Shown piece after piece: positions 41,827-52,870 of a stretch of DNA of 64,000 bases; position 1 is the first letter of the stretch, and every line of letters starts with the position of its first letter. The notes below the pieces were generated by a model. It searched no databases, had not been told where the DNA came from, and was given only the letters and a program-made list of their open reading frames with translations. Source of the DNA: Batkoa obscura (Eukaryota); NCBI GenBank assembly GCA_030770535.1, contig JASVEC010000002.1:2108001-2172000 (forward strand). The letters run 5' to 3'. Position numbers and translations under genes: made by a program.

Positions 41827-43229
41827 TTATAGTGTTGGCTCGAAGAAAGGATCTGACTTTGCTCCCTTACTTTTATCCAATTTTGGCTTAGGTTTAGAGA
41901 AATTATTTCCTTGAGTTAACTTACCATTTCTCTTTTTAAAGTCCTGATTATTGTTTCTATTTTTAAATGGTGCTGGTTTTCCTCTATGGTTTATTCTATT
42001 TTCGTTTTTGTTACCTTCTTTTTCTCTATTGTTATCATATCTAGCTTTTTTGAAAGCGCTAGGGTTATTTCTTAAACTCATTGATTTCCTCAAACCACTT
42101 TTCTCTGTAGCTTCAGTATTAAGCTTCTTATTTACAGGCCTCTTATTTACAGGCTTCTTTTCATCGTTATCTGAGCCTTCAACTTCTGATGATCCAGAGT
42201 TTAAATTGGATCCAGTATTTTCTAGCTTTTCTTCTAGTTCTCTTTTAGCAATCTCTTTTTTACGATTCATCTTTTCTTTTCTTTCTAAAAATTTTGGATC
42301 ATATCGTTTATTATCAAGGATTCTTAAATTACGAAGCTCTTGTTTAACCTATATAAAAAATTAGCTACTAATTTTATAATCTTGTTTCAATTTACCTTAT
42401 CCTCATATCTTTCCTCTTTTTCAACAGGATTCCCAGATAATGTTAATTCTTTTAAATTCAATAGCTCTTTGAGCGTTTCTAAACAACTTTTTCCTTTTTT
42501 AAAATGGCATATTAATTAATAGGAATAATATTACCTAAAGTCTTTAATTAAATTGTTTGATAGGCCTACCATAGCCAAGGATGGGCAATTGATTAGCTCA
42601 GATGGTACTGAAACTATTTTATTATTGTTTAAGCGAAGATCCTTCAATTGAGTTAAACCCTCTAATGGTGGAAATTCCCTCAGTTTGTTATTTGAGATTG
42701 ATAGCTTAGTAAGATTAGGCAATGTTGAAAGATTCGGAATAACTTCGAGATCATTATGAGATAAAACTAAACCATTGATAAAATAAGAATAAGAATGAAA
42801 ATAAAAAGCAAAAAAAGTACCTAAACTATTTAAATTCTTTAAGCTTAAGATGTTATCAATTGTCTTTAGTTGATTATTATTAAGAATTAGAGCTTTTAGC
42901 TCAACGCAATTCGTTACATGTTGTGATAATATCCTCAACCTATTGTTACCTAAATTCAATGTAACTAAATTCTTAAGTTTCGGAAGAAATGATAAATCTT
43001 CGAGTTGATTATTAGATAAGTTTAAGAAAGTAAGTGACTCGCAATATTGAAGACCTATTAATTGTTGACCAGTTCTAAATTGGTTGGATGATAAGTCGAT
43101 ACGATTTAACTTAATACAACAAGAAATATCGTCAACATGATTAATTTCTTTATCCTTCAACTCAATCTTTTTAACATCCTGTAATGACTCACTTATAAAG
43201 GAAGATAATATAGCTGGTGTAAGACGCAT
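41827..43229 (-). CDS. Leucine-rich repeat protein (SDS22-type LRRs) with basic low-complexity tail; 3 introns
   Basis: Repeated LxxLxLSNNxL units, LRR cap LTLSGNPVE, KLRILDNKRYD, Lys/Asn-rich C-terminus. Confidence 0.8.
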
Positions 43230-43360
43230 TTTAATTTTACCAAAAGTAAATTCTTGATTATAGCTATTATCTTATATATGTACTATATTTTTGATTGGTC
43301 AAAATTAATTTTTGTTTTTAAATTAAGATTAATAAGAAAACTATTTTAATATTAAGGCTT

Positions 43361-43717
43361 TTATTTCTTTTTATTGATATATTTGGAATTCGACTCACGT
43401 AAACCTAAAAGGAAAGGGAACCCTATGATTAAAGTAGATATGGTCCACTTAAAGATACAAATAGATGAGCGGTTACCGTAATTTAATGCTAAATAAAAAG
43501 CATATATAGCTTCAAGAGCATGTATAAAGACGGTCAAAAATACTATGACATGAATAATTTCTTGCCCTAAAGAATCCCTTAAGGGCACCATAATACTCGG
43601 AGTTAATGTAGGGAAAACTTGAGTTACTAACTGAAACATTAACCCAATTAATAAAAGTACAATTTTAGGATATGGTAAATAAAAATCATCTTGATTCAAT
43701 AGTTTATCTTTTGTCAT
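43361..43717 (-). CDS. Small membrane protein, TMEM254/DUF4499-like
   Basis: FIHALEAIYAFYLA and KWTISTLIIGFP motifs with about 3 hydrophobic segments; likely start MTKDK at 43717. Confidence 0.65.
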   Translation of the reverse strand: MTKDKLLNQDDFYLPYPKIVLLLIGLMFQLVTQVFPTLTPSIMVPLRDSLGQEIIHVIVFLTVFIHALEAIYAFYLALNYGNRSSICIFKWTISTLIIGFPFLLGLRESNSKYINKKK

Positions 43718-44234
43718 TGTGATTATAGTACGAACTTTGTGACAGTCGAAAAAAATAAATTTCTTTAACAAAGATGTTAAAATTTTAAAAAGTAGTAGTT
43801 TTGCTTTTATTTTTGTCAAAATTTCCAAAATAGGAAATTTAGTATTGATTATAAAACAAAATGACTTCTCAAAAATAAGCATCTCCTTTTACTGCCTTTT
43901 ATTTAGAAGGAGGATTGTTCATAAAAAAATGAATCATAGAAGATACTACTTAAAACGTTTCTAAAAAATATTTACAGCCTTTGATGTTTTATCTTCCCTA
44001 ACTAACTTATAACTAGTAATGTAGCATTTAAGTATATACTATCTTCAAACTTTTACAATATTTATAGATAGTATCAAAATGTTTTCCACTTTTATTTAAA
44101 AATGCATTAGCTATTTTTTTATGATTATTCAAATTATACTTTGTAAATTCGCCAAATATACCATATACAATATTTATTAATAATTAAAGCTAAGCTTATA
44201 AAGAGAGTAGACTTTTAAACTAAGAGATATTGAG

Positions 44235-44335
44235 TATGTCGGGATGATTTTTTTGATTTCATTACTTTTTCGATCTTTTAAGTGCTATTTGAGCGGAAAG
44301 ATTATTAGTAAAATCCTCAAAAAAATATATCTCTG
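44235..44335. mobile_element. ~105-bp MITE family copy (diverged)
   Basis: GGGATGATTTTTTTGATTTCATTACTTTTT...TTTGAGCGGAAAGATTATTAGTAAAATCC. Confidence 0.75.
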
Positions 44336-45294
44336 TCTTGTAATTTAATAATTTCTTTAATTATGTAAGCTTCATTTTTACATTTTGTTTTGATAGTATG
44401 CCACTCTACAAGAGAAAAACTAGATAACATCCGTTGTTGTATATTTATTATATCTTCAATATGATAAATACTATATATTTTATTAACCTTTAGTGCTGAA
44501 AGCATGAAAGACATTAATTATATTAAATTAGTGAGATTTTGATTGCATTATAAATAGTGAAAACAAGCTCCTTAAAAGGGGTATATAAAATGTATGACAG
44601 TATATATATATATAATTACTAGAAAAACTCATTCTTAGATAATACTTTAAGTTTAGCTTTATTAATCTATTATCATTATAACTCTAAAACAGCCAAATAT
44701 TGGGATTTATATGATTAGAAATCAATCAAAACTGTATTAAATTTTGATATTTGTTTGTAAATATATGTATGTTTTTGTATTTTTGCATTGGTGTAAGTAT
44801 AAGCTTTGTAGTACAAGATTCATTGTATGTATATTGGGCAAAAAACCTCAAAAAATTGATGATATTGGTAAATTGATACATCAAAGTATAAACACAATAG
44901 CGTTAAATCGACCAGATATATGTTCAATATAATATATGGCTTGGCAAAGTAAAATCAACTTTAGATTCTTAATAATATCTACTAAAGTTTTAGTATGGAT
45001 TTGTTCATTATCAAACTAGGTTGCATAAAATCTATATGTTTATTAGAAGTGTTAAAGGAATTTTAATTTTAATTCTTTATAATTTAATAGTGCATATACA
45101 GTATTAGTTGTATAAGATATGCAAGAATTACGTGATAATTATATTTAAAGTTGTATAACTTGACAAAGTAGTTAAAAGCTTGAAGTGTTTATTCTTAATA
45201 ATAAAAATTAATCATTTAGAGGCTTTCAAATGAAGTACGGGTGTAGTTGAACTGATAGTAAGGTTGAAACTTTGTAGCGTCACCTGGTAAAGGT

Positions 45295-45740
45295 TTAAGC
45301 AGTGGTGGTAGACTAATAATTAATAAAAATATCTAAACTAATTTAAAAATACTTACATCATATGTCTTCTTCTCTTTCTCGTAACGTACTTTATCCTCCT
45401 TTGCCTTGTCTTCGAAGGGCTAATACAGCGGTTAGATTATTTATCACATAGATATATCAACTTACTTTCTTGTCCTCAGGAGTCATCCCCTTCCATTTCT
45501 GTCCAAGGATTTTTCCAATTTCACCTTAGTAAAATTTAGTTTGATTAAATTTAGTTAAATGTAATGAGTACCGAATGAGATGTTAGGGTTCTCCTTGATG
45601 ACGTTCTCTCTTTCAGATTGTGAGAAGAACATGTAAGCTGAAAGGCCACGTTTAGGCTTATTTGGGTCTTTCTTTGTTCTTTTCTTGGTTTCTTTTCCAT
45701 CACTTTGGCGGAAGGTTTTAGTCGTTGGTATTTTGGCCAT
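45295..45740 (-). CDS. NHP6: HMG-box non-histone chromatin protein Nhp6; 3 coding introns
   Basis: [48 protein letters not shown]...[17 protein letters not shown]. Confidence 0.93.
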
Positions 45741-46854
45741 AGTTGCTTCTAATAATATTTTTCATATTAGCTTGTATTCATTAGACATCTTAAGCTTTCA
45801 TCAAAATAACGATTAATAAAATTCGTCTGCTACAGAATTGCAAGGCTATAAATTCGTAAAGCCTAAAATAACCATTTTTAGTCCTTTATCTAAGACTCAC
45901 TTACCTTTATAAATTTCTCTGCTTTACTGAAGTAACTTTGTAAGCTGTCATTTTCACGCTTTAAATTCCTTACCCACTCAATTAACTGGTCTAAGCTTAA
46001 TAATCAGCCAAACCTGAAACAATAATTGGTTTAATTCAGCCCTTACAGCCAATAATAACTGAAATTAGAACTTTTATCAACAAGCAATCGCTTGTTTCAC
46101 GTGAAAATAAGCTAATAATAATTGCCAACAGAAAACAAATTATAGCAATTTCATTGGTAGATAGAAATCCTTAAGGATTATGTATGACTTACCAAAGTAA
46201 AATTGGCTTAAAGTTGAACTCAATTGATAACTCAATTCAGCTAATTTTAGCCAATAAAATCAACATTTTTTACTCTAATCTCAATTTTGAAATTGAACTT
46301 CAGTCTGTTTATGTTTGTGAGTTGACGTATAAAAAATAGGTTAAACTTTATGAGAGTATTGCATTAAGCCAATAATAATGATAGATATCAATATTAATTT
46401 TTAACTAAGAAAATAAAACAGAGTGGATAGAAAATAATCAAATATTAAAAATCTTTTACCTTTTATTACAATTTAACAAGAAATATTATAAACTATATTA
46501 TTGTAAGCAGTAAATTTGTTTTGGTATTTCAAAAATCAAGTTTTAAATATCTTGCTAGAATTAAAAAAATACAATCAAAACAAAAGAGTTATAAACCTTT
46601 TAATGTCTAAAAAATATTATACATGTAATCATTAAAGATATGTAAATATTTAGAGTGAAAAAGTTGCGTCAATATAAGAAAAAATTACAAAATGTTTTAT
46701 AGTGTAAGGCTTTGATAAAAATACTAAGTCTTATGCTTTTAAGTTCCAAGTTTAAAAATGGCAAAAATAAAGACTATACTTAGAAAAAAAGTACATTCTA
46801 TACTTTTAAATCGAAAGTTTTATTTTATAAATGAAAAAATATAATATATTACTA

Positions 46855-47059
46855 TATGGGGATATATTTTTGTGTTTAAGAATTTTACTAACAAATTTTC
46901 CACTTAAGTAGTGTTTAAAAAACGGAAAAAGTAATGAAGTCAAAATAAACACTTCCATATGTAGGATGCTTTTTTTGTTTAAGAACTTTACTAACAATTT
47001 TTTCACTCAAACAGCGCTTAAAGGTGGAAAAAATGATGAAACCAAAAAACACCCTCATA
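46855..47059. mobile_element. Second head-to-tail MITE dimer (opposite orientation to the 41461 dimer)
   Basis: Copies 46855-46959 and 46958-47059 joined at CCA-TA-TG. Confidence 0.88.
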
Positions 47060-47724
47060 TATTGTAAAATACCTTTTATTCTTTGAAGTACTTTTATTTA
47101 TTTCAAACTACTAGTTAAATTCACATAAAGGTGCTAGTTGATTATGCAATTTTTGAACTTAAAAGTAAAAAGTGAGAGATAGTTTAACAAAATTATTCTT
47201 ATGGTAAAAGGAGTTTATGGTAAAATCGTAGGTTTATTTCAATAAAATAGTAAAGTCCATAGTATTTGACTTTTACCTCTAATGTCTCCTTTCATTGAAG
47301 GAAATCAATGACTCAAAGGATTTGTTTTTAGCACATGTGTTTAATTTGTCTTTTAAGGGAAAAATTAAATTTGTTGGTTTAAACACCAGAAGTACCGGAT
47401 AACAGATTCAAAAGATTGAAAGCTCAAATACCTAAATCTAGCGTTATATACAAAAGCCTATAATAAGTACTACTAATTAATATTAATTTTGATTAAAATC
47501 AAAAACAGTATATACTTTTGATGTATTATAAAAGTAACATTACTAATCAATATAAGATCATTCTTTATAAGTTTGATTTAATCTCGGCTTATTTAGATCT
47601 AAAAGAAAAAGTTAAGAACAAGTTATTATTGAAAGGCAAACAGCCTGAATAACAAAATAAGTGAACTATAAAATTATTGAATATATTCCATAACACTAAA
47701 ATAAAATCTCCTTTTTGTTAAAAA

Positions 47725-49094
47725 ATGAACACTATAATGTTTAACTTAAAAAGCAATCTTCAATATAAAGTAGATGGTGGCTATGGATGGCTGATAGTAT
47801 TAGCTAGTTTTATATTACATTTTATATTAGTAGGCATTCAGTTTAGTTATGGCATTTTTTTAAATGAATATATGAAACAAAAATTTGACAATGTAGAAGA
47901 TAAAAGTAGATTTGCCTTAGTAGGTTCAATAAGCTTATCTTTATTAGCTGGCTTAGGCTTTGTATCTGGTAAACTAACTGATAAATTTGGCTATCGTCCT
48001 ATGGTCTATCTAGGATCTACTTTGTTTTCTATTGCTTTAATTTTGGCCTCGTTTTCAACAAAAGTAATTTTAACATTAACAATTAGTAGTAGCAGTCATT
48101 AATAAAATTATTAGCTATGGCATTTATATTTGACCCAAGGTATTTTAAGTGGGATAGGTTCATCAATAGCCTATATACCATGTTTAAGTATAATATCAAA
48201 TTGGTTTGATAAAAAAAGAGGCTTAGCAACAGGAATAGCAGTATCTGGAAGTGGGATCGGAGGTTTAGTATTAAGTCCAATAATTGAGTTATTTATTATT
48301 AACTATGGATTGGCAGTAAGTTTAAGAATCATTGGTATCTTTTCATTTGTTACGTGTATTGTCTTTACTTCATTTATAAAATTAAGGGTTGATAAAAGTA
48401 AGGATAAAGGGAGTACAGATGATGCTAAATTAAACATTGCTAAGTTATGCTTAGATATTAAATTTTGTTTACTTTGGCTTGATGGATTGATACAGAACTT
48501 GGGATTCTTAGTTCCGATATTTTTGATGCCTATTTATTGTGAGTATTATGGGTTATCTCGTTCGACAGCCTCAATCATTGTTGGTTTATTAAACGGTACA
48601 TCTGCCATTGGACGTATTTTGTTAGGTCAATTGGCTGATAAATTTGGCAAACTAAACATATTCATTATAGCTACTTTTTTAATCACTTTCTTTTCTTTAT
48701 TTATCTGGCTATTTGCTTTTAATTTGGCCTCTATTATTACATTCTCGGTTTTGTTTGGTTTAGTTTCAGGTGTTTATTCTTCATTGATACCATCTATTGT
48801 TCCAGATATATTTGGTACCTATAGCTTGCTTTTTATTTGTAGATTTTATTAATTCTGTTCCTAGGTACCGAAAACATTGCAAGTATTATGGGATTAGCTT
48901 ACACATCATGTGGTATTGCTAACTTATGTGGACCACCGATAGCAGCAGCATTGATGAGTTTAGAAAATAGTCAGAATTTTACTAATCCATTTACACCAAT
49001 GATTTTATTTACTGCCTTTTCGAGCTTTTGTGGAGTGTTGATTTTCTTAATTTTAAAATGGAATTTATATCATTCTATTTTTATCAAATGTTAA
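47725..49094 (+). CDS. MFS monocarboxylate transporter (MCT/Mch family); 2 introns
   Basis: DGGYGWLIVLASF, GKLTDKFGYR, WFDKKRGLATGIAVSGSGIGG, GRILLGQLADKFG. Confidence 0.93.
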
Positions 49095-49862
49095 TAATAG
49101 ATCTTTAGTAAATTAAATTCGTTTACCTAAAAATAAAACCAATGAATTACAGATATGTATAAAATACAAAATATATTATGAATTGTAGATTATTATCCGA
49201 CATAATGTCTTATTTTAATCTTAAATCTCATTGTTACTTCTTTATTTAATATGAATAAGGGATAAACAATTCTAAATTTTCAATAAGAACACAGTATCTT
49301 AGAATTTTTTAATGCAAATATTTGCTGACTTTATTTTTGTAAATTTTGATTTATATTAATATTTTGTATTTAACTATTTATGATCTATTATATATATATT
49401 TAATGAACTTATACTATAATCTCAACTAGCAATGTAAACTTTAATATCGCTAAAGTTGAAGGGCATTTTTGTGATGTTATTAAACAATTGGTGAAATTCT
49501 GTTTTTTAAGCCAATGAAATTAAAAAGGGTAGTAAGTAAAATACTCATAAAATATTCAACAAAAGAACATTAAAATGCTAAGTTTGGGGTTTAGACAGAA
49601 CATTTTCCAACCAATCGTACGAAAATTATTTGAGAGACTTAAATATAAATCATGACAATTTAAAATGTTGCTTTTTAGTTTTAACTCTGAGAGCGCTCTT
49701 TATTTTTTTCTTATTTTTTAGTAAAGTGGACCTTTCTTTTTATATATCATATCTAAAATTTACATTTCTTTTGTCAATTTAAAGGTAATTCAATTCATCA
49801 TTATAAATCTCATATAGTACTGATATCAAAGTTAACTCAGCTAACTAAATTGATTAGATAAA

Positions 49863-52310
49863 ATGAATGATAAAAGGTTTGAGACAAAACTGTTGCTTTT
49901 TAAAGCTCAAAATCTACAAGGGCGTATAACGCTTATGCTTAAAGGATATAAACATAGTAAAGTAGCTTGTAAAACGTTAGAAGGGAAAATATTACAAAGT
50001 CATAAATACGTCGAAGACTTAATTAATTCTTATGAATCCAATATCATTTATTTCGAAAATAAACGTTACTATTTAACTTTTTCGAATTATTTAAGGCTTT
50101 TGGATTCTATCCTTGGATTTCTTACCGAATTTGCTAGTAAGGGTATGTTTATGCGTTTTATTCAAAGGGATACTTACAAAAAGTCCCTTTTATTGCTATC
50201 ACAAGAAATTGAAAAATCGTTATCTGCACTGAAACATAGCCTTTCTGCTAATTTTTCAGCTGGTCCAGAATCTGATAAAGCCCTTATTAGTACTGAAAAT
50301 GCACTAAATCTATCTACCAACAATATTGATGATATGAAAGGAAATGTTAATGGCACCGATGCTGATAGAACTCAGCTTTTAAGTCAAATTCAAGAGGTAA
50401 ATTCTTCTACAAATATGAATCTAGAGGGCCTAGAGTTACCTGACCGACAAATCAAGGTTATACCGGGAGAATCACCAAGGCAAGGAAGGAATTTTGCAGT
50501 ACACAAGCGTATATATAAATCAGTAGAGGTAGCAGAAAAAGTCTACCGTGGCTCATTAAATGATAAGAAAGTACTCACACAAATTTATAAGCAAGTTGCT
50601 ATTCTAAAGAAACTTGAAGTTTGTCCATTTATTATCAAATTTTACGGTACTCATAAAAAGTCCACTTCCTTTGGTTTGATTACAGAATATGCAAGCCTAG
50701 GGAACCTTAAAGAAGTTTTGGCCTCCGGACAAACTTTAGAAACTCCAGTCATGATTAATATGACCACAAATATTGTTGAAGGGGTGGCTTTTTTGCATAA
50801 TCTTGGTATTCTTCATAAAAATATTAAGACCAGTAGTATCATGGTTACTTCAGAATACAAAGCAAAAATATCAGGGTTTGAATTCAGTCGTGAAACAGAT
50901 GTAGATATATATACAGTACCTGTAGTTGATTTGGGTTCTGACAGGCATCGTTGGATCCCTCCAGAGAAAATTAGGTCTTATGCTGCTTCTACACAAGGAG
51001 GTGATGTGTATAGTGTGGGGATGGTATTATGGTCCTTATGGACTGGGCGTTATCCTTATCAATCTTTTAAAGATAGACAAGCTGTTGAAGAATATGTTCT
51101 TAATGGAGGAAGAGAGGATATGACAATTGTAAATCCATTAATTTTGCCCATTATTAAATTATGTTTTCATGAAGATACAAATAAAAGACCGACTTCTGCA
51201 CAACTTATCAACGATATTGATCAAACTGTATCAAAAGAATTTGATAGAGAATCCACAATGGAAAAAACTCCTCCAGGTTCTTTAATGAGCACACAAACCT
51301 CATATTTAGAAAATAAAAACAACCACACAAATGATGAGGTTACTAAAATTACTAACCAAATACAGCATCTAAAAATTGGAACTTCTGCCAATGTCCACCA
51401 TGTTCCTTCATCTAATGGTTCTGTTGATACTAGAAATTCAAACTATCAGGTTGATAGTGGATATTTTACACAACCACATTCTAGTAATATAAATAGTGAA
51501 TATAGAGCTACTAGTTCTTATAGTTATCCATTTCATAATAATTCAAATGATCAAACGAATATCAACAATCAACCTAGAGCAACTACTCCTTTACAATCAC
51601 CCCCTGGAAGCGCCACTGAATATAGGAGCGTACATAGTCAATATAACCAGTCGCCCATGATAAATAACAACTCAAATGGTACCTTTGATTACCCTATCAG
51701 CCCGCCAGCAGATACATCTCCAAATACCTCTTTTCGAGCAAGAGGCTTGCGATCCTTGGAAAATTCACAATTTGGAGAACATGAGACGGATCGTACGGAC
51801 ATATTAGAAGGAGAAAATATAGCATCCCTTCTTCAGGATCCATTAGAACTAATGGAACAAGCAGTGATTGATCATAATGAAAGAAGAAATCAAGAGGCGT
51901 TTGATAAGTTTACGGAATTACAAAGATATGGCTATACCCGTGCGGATTACTTTTTAGGTTACTATTACTTTTGGGGTCAAGAAAAAGTAGTTGAAAAGAA
52001 TATACCCTTAGCTACCTTTCACCTTGAGAGGGCTGCTGCTGCAGATGACTCTGATGCTTTGGATTTACTCGGTTTAGTTTATAGAGATAGTGATAATCCT
52101 AATTTAGATCTGGTAAAAGCATTCAGCTATTTTAAAAGGTCGGCTGAGCTTGGGAATCGTAAGGGATATTACCATCTGTTTGCAGCGTATGCGGCTGGTA
52201 GAGGTACATCACGCAATCCTCTTTTAGCAAGGGAAATGCTTATCAAGTCTGCCTCCCTTGGATATCCGTCTGCTATTCAACAAGCCCAAAAGCTTGGTAT
52301 TCACTTCTAG
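49863..52310 (+). CDS. MLKL-like protein: N-terminal helical bundle + pseudokinase + low-complexity linker + SEL1-like repeats
   Basis: Intronless 815 aa; VAEK, FIIKFYG, HKNIKTSSIMV (no catalytic Asp), KISGFEFSR (GFE for DFG), RWIPPE, DVYSVG; C-terminal YFLGYYY..G, LGLVY..AFSYFKRSAELGN repeats; probable 5'UTR intron 49785-49857. Confidence 0.85.
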   Translation: MNDKRFETKLLLFKAQNLQGRITLMLKGYKHSKVACKTLEGKILQSHKYVEDLINSYESNIIYFENKRYYLTFSNYLRLLDSILGFLTEFASKGMFMRFIQRDTYKKSLLLLSQEIEKSLSALKHSLSANFSAGPESDKALISTENALNLSTNNIDDMKGNVNGTDADRTQLLSQIQEVNSSTNMNLEGLELPDRQIKVIPGESPRQGRNFAVHKRIYKSVEVAEKVYRGSLNDKKVLTQIYKQVAILKKLEVCPFIIKFYGTHKKSTSFGLITEYASLGNLKEVLASGQTLETPVMINMTTNIVEGVAFLHNLGILHKNIKTSSIMVTSEYKAKISGFEFSRETDVDIYTVPVVDLGSDRHRWIPPEKIRSYAASTQGGDVYSVGMVLWSLWTGRYPYQSFKDRQAVEEYVLNGGREDMTIVNPLILPIIKLCFHEDTNKRPTSAQLINDIDQTVSKEFDRESTMEKTPPGSLMSTQTSYLENKNNHTNDEVTKITNQIQHLKIGTSANVHHVPSSNGSVDTRNSNYQVDSGYFTQPHSSNINSEYRATSSYSYPFHNNSNDQTNINNQPRATTPLQSPPGSATEYRSVHSQYNQSPMINNNSNGTFDYPISPPADTSPNTSFRARGLRSLENSQFGEHETDRTDILEGENIASLLQDPLELMEQAVIDHNERRNQEAFDKFTELQRYGYTRADYFLGYYYFWGQEKVVEKNIPLATFHLERAAAADDSDALDLLGLVYRDSDNPNLDLVKAFSYFKRSAELGNRKGYYHLFAAYAAGRGTSRNPLLAREMLIKSASLGYPSAIQQAQKLGIHF

Positions 52311-52870
52311 GATCTGCCATGTTTTATGTTAGGTTTTATGTTAGAAACTTGTTTAATCCAACTTTAAAAAAGCTAAAAGTTTATTTGTCTTTTTGGCTGT
52401 CACTAATAAAATATATTTTTTTTATACTTGTATCAATTGGTGTTTCTTTTTGATATTTTTATTCTTCGCTTTTTTATAGTTCTATTCTATTCTATTTAAA
52501 TATAATCATTTAAATTAGAATGACTAACGAATCCATTTATATTACCTTAAAATTCCAAGTTTGGTATTTTAGTTGATTTTACAAAATTTAAATCAATAAA
52601 GTTAAGAGATATGGTATAAGAAATATTTGTTTAAAGCATAATCATTTTAATCATAATAATAGATTATTACACATTCATATATTTTATTTTAATTTTATAG
52701 ATTAACACAATCACTGCCAAAAAAAAAATAAAAAACAAGTCGAAAAATTCCGAAATTCATACCCAAAATAGTTGTCTAAATAAAGCAAGAATATTTTACA
52801 GCTAAAGAATAAAATCTCACCTTTGACATGTATAAAATCCCCCTTCCTTAACTTTTAAAACGGAAAGAAA

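Noticed and set aside
41951..42364. 137-aa hydrophobic plus-strand ORF
   Set aside because: Antisense of the Lys/Glu-rich tail of the LRR gene
43718..43882. N-terminal extension of the 173-aa ORF
   Set aside because: AT-rich promoter-like sequence; the downstream ATG at 43717 fits the family size better, though this is unproven
46806..47006. 66-aa minus-strand ORF
   Set aside because: Lies almost entirely within the MITE dimer
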